Below are positions 22,401-32,567 of a stretch of 64,000 nucleotides of DNA, piece by piece; positions within the stretch are counted from its first letter, which is position 1, and the number at the start of each line of letters is the position of its first letter. Under the pieces are notes generated by a model. That model was not told where the DNA came from. It saw only the letters and a program-made list of their open reading frames with translations, and searched no databases. A program made the translations under genes and the position numbers. Origin of the DNA: an uncultured delta proteobacterium. GTDB lineage: Bacteria > Desulfobacterota > Syntrophorhabdia > Syntrophorhabdales > WCHB1-27. Location: NCBI GenBank assembly GCA_963810935.1, contig CAWEPK010000012.1, positions 160,001-224,000 on the forward strand. Direction: 5' to 3'.

Positions 22401-23595
22401 TGTAAAAGTCAACCTCTCGCCGGACAGTCAGCCCCTCATTCGGGCATGATGGTCATGCCGCTTGTTCAGCCATCTGAGCCTTTACCTTTTTACCTTCCTC
22501 TATGGTCTCGATAGGCCTCTTTCCCATGTTCCGGTATCCCCGGTGAGGTCTTTCGTTGTTGTAGTAAGCAAGCCAGGTGTCGAGGTCCGCCTGGAGCTCT
22601 TCTAAGGTCAGGTAAAGCTTTGTACGGAACGTCTCCCTGAAGAATTCATCAAGGATCGTACGGTTGAACCGCTCTACAAAGCCGTTGCTCCTTGGATTCG
22701 CCACTTTCGTCCGCCTGTGCTCGATATCGTTAAGCTCCAAGAATATCTGGTAAGGATGGATCATCGGCCTTCCGCAGTACTCTCGCCCGTTGTCTGTAAG
22801 GATATGTTCGACCTTAAGGCCGTGTTCCTCATAGAAGGGCAGTACCTTGTCGTAAAGGATGTCTGCGGCGGTCTCGGGTATCTTCGAGGTGTAGAGCTTC
22901 CCGAAGGCATAGGAACCGTACGTATCGACCACCGCCTGGAGATAGACCCGTCCCACCCCCTTGATGCTTCCAACCATGAAGGTGTCCTGGCTTAAGAGGT
23001 ATCCCGGATACAGGCTCTCAACCTTCCGCTCTCTGAAGCAGGGGTTAGCCTTCTCAATAAGCCTTATCTGCTCTTCCGTCAGATCGATCTGGGCGCCGGA
23101 GCGTTCTTCTTCGAGCTTGAGGATGCGCTTGTATCTTGTCTCCAATCCTTCCCGCATCCAAATGTTCCGTACTGTCGAGGGACTTACCGAGACGCCTTCC
23201 AGCCGGAGCTGATCCGATACCCTCAGTTGGCCCCACGCAGGATGGGCGATGGAGAGGCCGATCACCTTTTCTTTGATTTCAGAGGGCGTCTCGTTCGGAA
23301 AGGACTTCGGTACGGGAGGCCGGTCTATGAGGCCCTGTAATCCCTGTTCCTGGAATGCCCGTTTATACTCGTAGAACTGGCTCCGGCAGACGCCCCGCCT
23401 CCGGCATGCCTCGGAGACGTTCCTCAACCGCTCCGCTAGCTGTAGCAATGTCATCTTCCCCTGTGCTATCTTTGATTCGGCAGTCATGCGTTCCTCCTTG
23501 GGTGGTGTTTTTTGGGCAAAAACATCCTACCCGAAGAGAATGCTGACTGCCAACTGCTTTCTTAGAAAGTGTTCGGGAAGAGGTTAACTTTTACA
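22401..23595 (-). mobile_element. IS481-family insertion sequence
   Basis: TGT...ACA ends; imperfect terminal inverted repeats of about 26 bp (TGTAAAAGTCAACCTCTCGCCGGACA / TGTAAAAGTTAACCTCTTCCCGAACA); flanking direct repeat AATAACA at 22394-22400 and 23596-23602. Confidence 0.93.
22453..23487 (-). CDS. IS481-family DDE transposase
   Basis: N-terminal HTH (NVSEACRRRGVCRSQFY); integrase-core SQDT, TDNGREY and NGFVERFNRT; YNNERPH. Confidence 0.95.
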   Translation of the reverse strand: MTAESKIAQGKMTLLQLAERLRNVSEACRRRGVCRSQFYEYKRAFQEQGLQGLIDRPPVPKSFPNETPSEIKEKVIGLSIAHPAWGQLRVSDQLRLEGVSVSPSTVRNIWMREGLETRYKRILKLEEERSGAQIDLTEEQIRLIEKANPCFRERKVESLYPGYLLSQDTFMVGSIKGVGRVYLQAVVDTYGSYAFGKLYTSKIPETAADILYDKVLPFYEEHGLKVEHILTDNGREYCGRPMIHPYQIFLELNDIEHRRTKVANPRSNGFVERFNRTILDEFFRETFRTKLYLTLEELQADLDTWLAYYNNERPHRGYRNMGKRPIETIEEGKKVKAQMAEQAA

Positions 23596-23618
23596 AATAA
23601 CACATTAGCGCCGAAAGA

Positions 23619-23680
23619 TGATAATGCGGGCGTCACCCGGAGCCGGCTGCTTCGCGCGCGGGTGCACGCGATGGTTGGGC
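23619..23680 (-). other. Degenerate attC-like (integron cassette) site
   Basis: Minus strand reads GCCCAAC-CATCG-CGTGCACCCG...CGGGTGACG-CCCGC-ATTATCA: RYYYAAC box, paired L boxes with one extra base, degenerate far R box. Confidence 0.45.
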
Positions 23681-23794
23681 AATCATAGTCTCCCCGCTTC
23701 TCTCGGCGGCCCTTCACGAGAATTTGATAATTCAATGGGCGCCCCTCACTCCCTACTCACTTCCTACCCTCCGCAAATAGCTTAGATTCCGAAG

Positions 23795-25727
23795 TTATTG
23801 GCCAGAGAGGATTTCAAGAACTTTTCTTAGGCATATAACGAATACTTTATCTTGGTTTTCCGTCATCAAATGCGTAACGCCGTGATATTCTCTACGATTC
23901 ACCTGTGCCGCTTCTGTAATGTCAATGATCCCAATGCCCTCCGCGACGTGCTTTGAACCAATCTCCCAGCAAACCAACCATTTGATATCTTGAAGTCTTT
24001 TGTATCCGCTCCGCACATCCCTTACCAGACCATCCGTGTCGTATTTGAATTCTAAAAAGCAGCGGTTAGGAGAAACAGCTTTGCCGTCCCTAAACTTATC
24101 TTGTGCAATCCCAAGCCGATTAGTCGTGTGATGGTACGTAGTTGTGGCATCTGCTCCCAATGCAAACCTGCCTACCCCATCATAAGTTCTTGAAATATGA
24201 GTTGTAAACACTTCATATCCTTTGAGTTTGCCTGTTCCCAAAAGGTTAAAGAATAGTGCAACCACATCTTGCTCTTCAGACGGAATTTTCTTTAGGCTAA
24301 CCCAACTCACACCTATGTCAGGTTTTGCGATAGCATTGTCCTTCATTGCGTCCAAATCAGCTTCTTGGCCCTCATCAAACGGACCAGGGCTCGGCTTAAG
24401 ACAATCATCTTCGATAGTAAACTTCGTCCTTTGAATCGCATTTGCAAAGAAATTTCCGAATTCTCCAATCTCTTCCGGCAGGCTTTTTCTCCCCACGTCG
24501 CTTTTTAGTGGCCCGCATGCTCAGTAAAACAAAGAATCTGCTAAAGTCACCAGACCTGAACGTAAAATCAATTCGCTTCTGCTCACCTATCTTCTGGGTT
24601 TTAGTCGCAAAAACTATACCGTGATTCAGTTGCGCATCCCTCTCGGGTCCCCAAATTTGGTTGTTTCTATCCTGCCAGAATTCCGAGCCGTAGGTAAAAC
24701 ATACATAAGCCTCGGGTTTGTGCACATTCAGGATTCTCGATAGCCTCTCGCGCTTTACTTGCCGCAAATATGACACTGTTTCCATTCTTCTTGTCACTAA
24801 CTCACTCACCTGATCGTATGTAAATGTCTCCCATAGAACATCCATGTCACGCTGAGCTTCAGGAAGACGTCCTCTCGCATCACGACTCAATGACGTTAAC
24901 CTTATGTTGGCCTCAGTTGCCAGGTGTGGATAAAGGTATCCTATTTTCATAAGTGCCGACTGAGGATTTCCCGTCTTATCAACCACCGTCAAAGTTGCTC
25001 TGACCGCTTTAAAGAAAGTATCGTTGGCATCAAAGTCAACATATCCCAACGCCGTATGAAGCCGCAAAATAGCTTCCCATTGAGATAAATCCTCACCCTG
25101 TTCCGACAACACCTTCATATTAGTCTCATTGTCGAACCAAATCGAAACAACGGTTCCGTGATCCGCTGGCGCCTCCGGATGGCACGCCATAGGATTTACC
25201 TTCGGCATAGGTAATAATACAATTTCCTTCCGGCACCATTTCAATGCATCGCGTAGCTCCCCAGATGTGAGTTCACCCGTGTCTTGAGCCACAGTGCTCA
25301 CACAAATTCTATTCGATCCGTATGACAAGAAAGTCGAACCAACCCCCTTCTCGCCCCTCTGCCTGTCCTCAGAATCAGCCTTCAAGGTAGCATAGGGAGT
25401 GAAAAAGTATTTCAGCACCACGCTTTTGGGCATCCCCAATCCGTTATCCACAACTGTGAAGCTGTTCTCTTTGAGATCGACTATTACTCTTATTGAAGGA
25501 GTATAGTCCGCACTCGCCCCTTCTGCCTCTGCCTTCCTGAATGCCCTCTCACACGCATCCATTGCATTTTGAACGGACTCATAAAAGTGGTCGAATTGGT
25601 GATGATAACTACTAATTATTTCGGCTACTTTATTTCTCATTAATTCCGCTGCATATCTATCTCCTTCCCCCTCTTCCTCAATTACTTGCAGAGGATTAAA
25701 GGCTTCCGTTAACGAATTTTCAGCCAT
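23795..25727 (-). CDS. GHKL (Hsp90/MORC-like) ATPase with a putative C-terminal PD-(D/E)xK-type nuclease domain (apparent frameshift near 24510)
   Basis: ESVQNAMDA, DNGLGM and GEKGVGS GHKL motifs; C-terminal EEQDVVALF..YDG..LEFKY; visibly AT-rich compared with its flanks. Confidence 0.72.
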
Positions 25728-25884
25728 TACCTTCCCCCCTTTCAAGGCTTTCTGTTTCCTTTAACATACTATACTACTCGCTTTTCCCTTGCCCTTCCCG
25801 AATAGCTTATTTCCCCCATTCCAGCAATCATTACCGATTGTAACACTTGCAATCGGCTCGGTCGAGGAAAATCTATCCTTTCAG

Positions 25885-25974
25885 GAAGTACACCTTTCGC
25901 ACTCTTCTCTATGAAATATCAGCCTTACGCGGCAGGACGCGACGAGGCAACGTGAGCGCCCCCGCGTTGCGTTA
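25885..25974. repeat. Repeat B, copy 2
   Basis: Direct repeat of 21502-21590 with a few substitutions and indels. Confidence 0.9.
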
Positions 25975-26105
25975 CGAACGATCCACAAGAGGCATAGAGT
26001 ATCGGAAGTAAAAAATGACTGAACCGTTTTTGGAAGTAAAACGTGTCAAAAGCGGTCAGTCTTTAGTCCGCCCCACACGTAAATAAGCCGAATAGCAGCC
26101 TTGCG

Positions 26106-26298
26106 ATTATATCTCACCCGCAGTTGCAGCAATTGGCCCGCGGTCCAATTGCTGCCGTGGTCGGAGGAGCCGCATGGAGGATGCTTCATATGCGGATGCA
26201 ATGGGAGCCGTGGCGGCCGGAGATCGTACATTCGTACATCGGAGGCCCCACGGCGAGCAGGGCGCCGCAGAGGGAGCATCCTTCATGCGGCGAGTCCA
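26106..26298. repeat. Repeat family A, long copy (CAATTG hairpin plus a long GCCGCATG...CATGCGGC hairpin with a GTAC-containing apex)
   Basis: 5' part matches 14450 and 21744; 3' part matches 33900-34042. Confidence 0.88.
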
Positions 26299-26370
26299 AA
26301 CCTTGCCACACCATCCGCCCTTGCCTTTTCACCTCACACCACCTCGGGTTCCTGACACGCACACCCCTAC

Positions 26371-27239
26371 TTACCTCGCTATCACATACACCGCCGTCGC
26401 CTCCGTCCACTCTGATGGCGTCCAGCCTGCCTAGCCTTTTTACCAGGTCGCTTATCATGCCGGTTTTCGATGCGTCGAATACTTCGTACTTGCCTTCCTG
26501 AAAACCCAAGGGGACGAGGTCTTCCTTTTTCAGGGTTGCTATCACCTTGATCTTTTCCTCGACCGTGGCCGCCTTCGTGCCGGGGAGCCTGCGCGCGACC
26601 AGCTTTACGGGGCTGCCCGCTGGTGGGAACTCGCGTGCTTCGTTGGCTAAGACCCGGTTGTCGGGGTGAGCGAAATTGGGCAGGAGCACGGTCACGGAGC
26701 CGTCGGCAGCTACGGAAAAAATGTAGATGTAGCAGTTCCTCGTCGGCTGGTAAACGATGCGCGCAGATTCGCCCTCGCGCAGGTCCGCCTTCGCCATGGC
26801 CACGTTCAGGGCAAACCCCGCGCGGTGCGGCCGGACGGGCTCTACGAGTACCTTGAGGTGTACCTTGTAGACCCACCTGTCGCTGCCGTCCCACCCCTGC
26901 CGCACGGGTATTATGCTTGCCGCCCTCCCCTGCACGGAGGCGTAGATGAGGTCTTCCGCCAGTTGGCCGTTGGAGACAAGGACATGCGATTTAACGAAGA
27001 TGCCCCGTGCCTGCTCGATGGCTTTTGCAACGGCCTTCCGTTTGGCCGTCTCCATTACTTCCTTGGGCGTCTCGACGTCGCCTAAGGTCGCCTCCCCTTC
27101 CGCCTCCACCCAGACCGGCGCATCTGCCGGCGCAGGCGCGGGACCGGCGGCCAGGCATGCCCCCGGCATGGCCCACAAGCACATAAGTGCGGCCGCGAGG
27201 CTGACGGCTGGAAAAAGGATGCACTTTTATGCCGCGCAT
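26371..27239 (-). CDS. Exported DUF4384-like protein (apparent frameshifts near 27228 and 26417)
   Basis: Signal peptide; CYIYIFSVAADGSVTVLLPN..FP..EEKIKVIAT pattern; C-terminus EWTEATAVYVIAR in a shifted frame. Confidence 0.7.
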
Positions 27240-27242
27240 GCC

Positions 27243-29048
27243 TCACCTCGCAAGGACGAAGCGCCCCTTGATGCGCTCGACGGGCGGCATCAGGCCGGGC
27301 GTCTGATCGACGTTCTGCCTTTTCGCCTCGTCCTGCACAAGGGGTCTGATATATTCGTAGATATCGCCCATGCTCTTCCTGCCTTCTCTGATGGCCCTTA
27401 AGAAATAATAGGTCAGGATACCGTGCTCCCTCTCGTCCGCGGAGGCGGAGATCTGGCTGCCCGTGGTGGCGGAGAGGACCGCCAGTCCCGGCGGCAAAGA
27501 AGGCGCGTCAGCCATTAATACGAGGGGCCGTGTCCCTTTAGCCACGACGCTCCTGCCGCCCGAGCCTGTGAAACAGGCGTCGAGCACCACGATCGTCTCC
27601 CTCGCGCGCACCTTCCCCAGCATTTCGTAAAGCCTGCTCAGGGGATAACCCGTGTCCTGCAGATAGGACGGGTCCCCGTCGTAAGGCAGCAGGTAAGCTG
27701 TCCCGCTGGCAGGGTCGGGCGCGCCGTGGCCCGAATAGTAGAAAAATACCCTGCTCTCTTTTTTCACCATGTTGGGGAGCATATGCTCGACGCACTTCTG
27801 GATGCCGCTGCGCGTCGCCTCGTCATCTTTAAGGAATTCTATGTTCCTAGGGGCAAAGCCGAGCGCCTCTATGTATGCCTTGACCAGCCTCGCGTCGTTG
27901 TAAGAGTAATCCGACTTGGGAATGCCCCTGTGGTATTGCTCTATGCCGACGATAATGGCCACGTCCAGCGGCCCGAAGACCTTCTGTTCCCTGCGCAGCG
28001 CAGGCAGGAGGTCGATATTGAACCCGTCGAAGTTCCTGACTGCGGCTTGCCTGGGGGTCTCCTTCGGCATGACCCTGGTCACGCTCATCGCCTGCGCCTC
28101 TTCGTTCAGCACGAGGCTTATGCGCGGCTTCAGGGAGAAGCGCGGCCTCTCCTCGTCGACGGCGAAGGAGACAGGGAGCAGGCCGGGGCCGTCGTAGCGG
28201 CGCGTGACGTTCAGGGAGAAGGCGGCCTTTTTCGACTCACCGGGGTTCAGGCTGCCGAGCAGTACCTTCTCATCGCCGAGGATCGCCACGCTTTTTTTCG
28301 CCGATTCGATCCGGCCCGTGACGCCCCTGGCAGGGCCGCCGCCCGAATTACGCACGGTCAAAATGACCGTCACTTCCTTACCTTTCGTGATGATCCGCCT
28401 GCCGTCAACGTCGAGGATCTCGACCATCGAGACTACGAGCGCAGGCGGTGCGAGCGGGCCTGTTCTGAAGGAGACAGCCGCAGGGGGTGAATCGAACCCG
28501 CCGTCCTCCCGGAGGACCGTGCGCAGCAGCACCTCCTGGCTCTGGACGCGCTCCGAGGCCGCGATGGGAACGCGCAGGAACCTTTCTTCTCCCGGCCCAA
28601 GCGTGCCTATCGCATATTCCCGCTCGAAGGTGACGCCCGAGACGCTGCGGGGCTTCCCCGCCCTGTCGATCGTGTCGAGCAGCAGCCTGACGTCGTGCGC
28701 CTCGCCTTGTCCGTTATTCCGCGCCTTCAATGCAAGGGCGCCCTGCTCCTCCGCGTCGAGTATATTGTTGCCTGACGGCTCCGTAAAAAGCAGGGAGGTT
28801 ACAGAAAGCCGGGGATAGGACGACGCAGTTTTCGGGCCTTCGGCAGGCAGGGTTTGCGCCCTGTTCCACGGCACCTGCCAGGTCTGCACCTGGGCGAGCC
28901 GCAGGGGCGCTACGTCAATGTTTAAACCGATATCGGGGTTGGGGGAAACATAGCCGGGCTCCGTCGCAGACATGGCGACAGCGTGGGGGCCGATCCCCGG
29001 ACACAAAAACAGTAGAGCAGCAATCAATACGATTGAGCCATGGCGCAT
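27243..29048 (-). CDS. Exported caspase-like (peptidase C14) protein with Ig/CARDB-like N-terminal domains
   Basis: Signal peptide; IIVGIEQY, FFYYSGHG (catalytic His) and VLDACFTG (catalytic Cys). Confidence 0.85.
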   Translation of the reverse strand: MRHGSIVLIAALLFLCPGIGPHAVAMSATEPGYVSPNPDIGLNIDVAPLRLAQVQTWQVPWNRAQTLPAEGPKTASSYPRLSVTSLLFTEPSGNNILDAEEQGALALKARNNGQGEAHDVRLLLDTIDRAGKPRSVSGVTFEREYAIGTLGPGEERFLRVPIAASERVQSQEVLLRTVLREDGGFDSPPAAVSFRTGPLAPPALVVSMVEILDVDGRRIITKGKEVTVILTVRNSGGGPARGVTGRIESAKKSVAILGDEKVLLGSLNPGESKKAAFSLNVTRRYDGPGLLPVSFAVDEERPRFSLKPRISLVLNEEAQAMSVTRVMPKETPRQAAVRNFDGFNIDLLPALRREQKVFGPLDVAIIVGIEQYHRGIPKSDYSYNDARLVKAYIEALGFAPRNIEFLKDDEATRSGIQKCVEHMLPNMVKKESRVFFYYSGHGAPDPASGTAYLLPYDGDPSYLQDTGYPLSRLYEMLGKVRARETIVVLDACFTGSGGRSVVAKGTRPLVLMADAPSLPPGLAVLSATTGSQISASADEREHGILTYYFLRAIREGRKSMGDIYEYIRPLVQDEAKRQNVDQTPGLMPPVERIKGRFVLAR

Positions 29049-29266
29049 TTTCGAGCCCCTCCTGTCAGACGATCTATCTCGCCGCGTCGAATCCGCACCT
29101 GTGCCCGGCCAGCTTTATCCCGGCCCGGCTATAATACATGCAAATTGTGTATCACAAAGGGGACGAAAGTAAAGAAAATTTTGGAGGATGACCGTGCTAT
29201 ATTACATCAGATGTTGCGGACAACATACCGGGAGAGCAGAGGATACGACGCACAGCGCCGCGTGAG

Positions 29267-30002
29267 TCACCTGGCCCGGAGGCCCTCATAAAGCCAGGCC
29301 GCGCCGAAGGTCAGCTTGTGCCTCCGTACTTCAGTCATGCCCGCCTCCTCCATCATCGCACAGAACCGGTCGGCCGGGGGGAAGTTCATGATGGAATCGG
29401 CGAGGTAATAATATGCGCCGGGGTTGAGGGAAAAGCGGGAGGCGATGGCCGGCAGCAGGCGGTTCAGATAGGAGTGGTAGAGCAGACTCCGAGAACCAGT
29501 TGCGCGTAAAGCCCATTTCGAGCACCATGACCTGCCCGCCGGGGACGACCACCCGTGTCATCTCCTTCAGGGCGCGCGCCTTGTCCGGTATGTTCCTGAT
29601 GCCGAAGGCTATGCCCGCGACGTCGAACGAGCCGTCTGCGAAAGGCAACGCCAGCGCGTCGGCCCGCATCAGGCGCACCCTGTCCGAAAGCCCAATTCCT
29701 GTCACTTTGGGCCGCCCCGCCTCCAGCATCTCGGCGGAGAAATCGACGCCCGCCACCGTTATGGCGGGATAGCGCAAGGCAGCGCCTATGGCAAGGTCGG
29801 CCGTCCCTGTCGCGACGTCGAGGAAGCGCATAGTCCGGCCGAACGACATCCGCCGTATCGTAAAGCGCCGCCAGGCAATGTCGCGTCGTAAGCTCAAAAA
29901 ATGGTTAAGGAAATCATAGCGGGGGGTCACGGTCGAGAAGATGTCCTTCACCATCGCCACGCGCTGGGCGTCCGTCGCCTCCCGGACGGGGATATATTTC
30001 AT
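29267..30002 (-). CDS. ubiE: UbiE/MenG-family quinone C-methyltransferase (apparent frameshift near 29490)
   Basis: YDFLNHFLSL..D..WRR, LDVATGTAD, DALALPF, FGIRN and YYYLADSI motifs. Confidence 0.88.
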
Positions 30003-30061
30003 CACGCGGCCTTCTTCGCGGGGGGACGCATCGTTATGTATGGAGGGTGTAGGGTCAGGCA

Positions 30062-30601
30062 TCAGGCCACAGCCGGAATGAGGCCGCCGAACTTCTCGAA
30101 GCGGTCCTTCTTGACCTTGCAGATGGGGCACACCTCGGGCGGTTCCTCGCGGGCGCAGAGGTATCCGCAGACACGGCACCGCCAGACGGGGGGTGACGCG
30201 GCAGCGGCGGCAGGCCCGGATGAGGCGGCCTGCCGTACAGGCTGCGTGGACTGGCCGGCATCGATCGCGCACCTGCGCTCCGGGATGGGCACGATCCGCG
30301 ACGGGTCTTTTGCTGCTGCCTCCGACACGTAGAGCGCGCAGTAACAGGCGCCGTAGTCCGCGATATCCTGGTCGCGGTAGTCGCAGGGGCAGACGATGTC
30401 CCGGTCGGCCTCTGCCCGGCATGAGGCGAGCCTGCACGGGCAGGAGGCATAGCCGTATCGCTTCAGGTTTGCCAGAAGTCCCGCAGCAAGCTCCCGTACA
30501 AACGCCTCGTCGGGATTCAGAAAATACCCGGACGCCTTTGCGTCTGCCGAAAGCCGGGTCAGAAAGACCCCTGTCTCGTCGCGCCGTTCGTCTGCTTTCA
30601 A
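30062..30601 (-). CDS. Ferredoxin:thioredoxin reductase catalytic-subunit homolog fused to a C-terminal rubredoxin domain
   Basis: CPC..CPC..CYC FTR motif; WRCRVCGY..CPIC rubredoxin motif; TTG start overlaps the upstream stop. Confidence 0.88.
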   Translation of the reverse strand: MKADERRDETGVFLTRLSADAKASGYFLNPDEAFVRELAAGLLANLKRYGYASCPCRLASCRAEADRDIVCPCDYRDQDIADYGACYCALYVSEAAAKDPSRIVPIPERRCAIDAGQSTQPVRQAASSGPAAAAASPPVWRCRVCGYLCAREEPPEVCPICKVKKDRFEKFGGLIPAVA

Positions 30602-30873
30602 GCGGGTTGCAGCGCCTCCCTGATTTTTTTCTCCTCGAAGCCCACGATGCACTGGCCGTTTATGACGATGGACGGAAAGGAGCAGCGCGGGTTGACCGCC
30701 CGCACCTCCTGCATGGTCCTCTCCCTCTCCTCCCCTTCGAGCAGGTCGACATCCGTATATTCGTAGCCGACATCCAACTCTTTCAGGAGGCCTTTCATCT
30801 TCTTGCACCAGACGCACGTGCTCAACGTGTACAGCCTAACCGAGCCACGGTCGCTTCCTTCCACGCGCTGCAT
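30598..30873 (-). CDS. Glutaredoxin-like (NrdH-type) protein
   Basis: STCVWCKK CxxC motif; SFPSI..IVGF cis-Pro motif. Confidence 0.88.
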   Translation of the reverse strand: MQRVEGSDRGSVRLYTLSTCVWCKKMKGLLKELDVGYEYTDVDLLEGEERERTMQEVRAVNPRCSFPSIVINGQCIVGFEEKKIREALQPA

Positions 30874-31049
30874 GGCAAATCTCCTTAATAGCGGCTTTTG
30901 GTACAATATAACACAGTGGCCCCTCAATTTCAGCCTTGACCGGCAGGGCGGACGGTCAAAAAGGCTGTCCGGCGAAGGCCAATAAATGTCTTGTAGTCCC
31001 CCGCCCAAATCTGTTACGGTACTAGACACAATCCATAAGGAGGGTTCAA

Positions 31050-32561
31050 ATGGGTAAGGTCACGGCCGTTTTCGCTTTATCCCTGCTGTTTTTCGCCGCC
31101 GCCGCGTTTTCGCCGCTTTGTGCAGCCGAGCCTGCGCCGGCCGTGAAGACGGCGGTTTCCTGGATAGACCAGAACAGGGCTACTTATAACGAGATCGCCG
31201 GGTACATCTGGAATAACCCGGAGCTGAGCCTCGTAGAGTTCAAGTCGTCGGCAAAGCTCCAGCAGTACCTCGAAGCGAACGGCTTCAAGGTCGAGAAAGG
31301 CGTCGCGGGCATGTCTACGGCCTTCGTAGCCACCTATGGCTCGGGCAAGCCGGTAATCGGCTTGATGGCCGAGTTCGACGCCCTGCCCAACCTATCGCAG
31401 AAAAAGGGCGTGGTCAGCCCCGCCCCGATTACGCCTGGCGCGTCCGGCCACGGATGCGGGCATGACCTTTTCGGTACTGCGAGCGCAACCGCGGGCATAG
31501 CCATAGCCAAGGCCATGCAGAAACACGGCATCAAGGGGACCGTAAAGGTCTTCGGCACGCCGGCGGAGGAGACGCTCGTCGGCAAGATCTATATGAACAG
31601 GGACGGCGTGTTCGACGGCACGGACGTCATGATCACCTGGCACCCGTGGGATACGAACGAGGTCAATTACACCTCCAACCTCGCCATGGACAACCTAAAG
31701 TTCCGCTTCTACGGCAAGTCGGCACACGCTGCGGCATTCCCCGAAGCCGGGAGGAGCGCCCTCGACGGAGTCGAGTTGATGGACGTGGCCGCTAACTACA
31801 TGCGGGAGCACGTGACGCAGGAGGCGAGGATCCATTACGTAATCCCGAAGGGCGGCGAGGCCCCCAACGTAGTGCCCAACTTCGCGGAGGTCTGGTATTT
31901 CGTCCGCTCTCCCCGGAGGGCCGATGTAGACAAGATGAGGGCATGGCTGATCGACATCTCGAAAGGCGCGGCCATGATGACCCAGACCAGGACGGATTAC
32001 CGGATACTGACGGCCTGCTACGAGTACCTGCCTAACCGGACCCTCGCCAAAAAGGGCGACGAGCTGGTGAAGATGCTCGGTGCGCCTGCCTTTACGGCCG
32101 AGGAGCAGCAATTCGGCGCAAGCGTAATTAAGGCCATGGGAAAGAAAATCGAAGGGGACCCGTTCAGCACGAAGGTCGCGTCGCCCGATTTCACCCGCAA
32201 CTTCCCGGATGTGCCGGTCAGTAAAGGGTCTTCGGACGTTAACTTTAGCTGGAGGTTCCCGTCGGTAGAGTTCCATGCGGCAGCCATCGTCCAGACGACC
32301 CCTCTCCACTCGTGGCTCGCGGTCTGCCAGACGGGGACCGAGCCCGCGATGAAGGCGGGAATGCAGGCGGCCAAATATATGGCGGCCTTCGGGCTGACTG
32401 CCCTGTCCGACCCGAAGCTCATAGCAGACGCATGGGTCGAGCTTCGCGAGAGCGTGGCCCGCTTCGGATACGCCGAGCCGGTACCCAAAGACGTCAAAGT
32501 CCCGACGTTTACGGACCTGTACGGCATAGACCCGAGCGCGGTTCCGGGTGTGGGAAAGTAA
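31050..32561 (+). CDS. M20-family amidohydrolase (AbgB-like) with a signal peptide
   Basis: NPELSLVE, EFDALP, GHGCGH, GTPAEE and GKSAHAA motifs. Confidence 0.88.
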   Translation: MGKVTAVFALSLLFFAAAAFSPLCAAEPAPAVKTAVSWIDQNRATYNEIAGYIWNNPELSLVEFKSSAKLQQYLEANGFKVEKGVAGMSTAFVATYGSGKPVIGLMAEFDALPNLSQKKGVVSPAPITPGASGHGCGHDLFGTASATAGIAIAKAMQKHGIKGTVKVFGTPAEETLVGKIYMNRDGVFDGTDVMITWHPWDTNEVNYTSNLAMDNLKFRFYGKSAHAAAFPEAGRSALDGVELMDVAANYMREHVTQEARIHYVIPKGGEAPNVVPNFAEVWYFVRSPRRADVDKMRAWLIDISKGAAMMTQTRTDYRILTACYEYLPNRTLAKKGDELVKMLGAPAFTAEEQQFGASVIKAMGKKIEGDPFSTKVASPDFTRNFPDVPVSKGSSDVNFSWRFPSVEFHAAAIVQTTPLHSWLAVCQTGTEPAMKAGMQAAKYMAAFGLTALSDPKLIADAWVELRESVARFGYAEPVPKDVKVPTFTDLYGIDPSAVPGVGK

Positions 32562-32567
32562 TAACTT

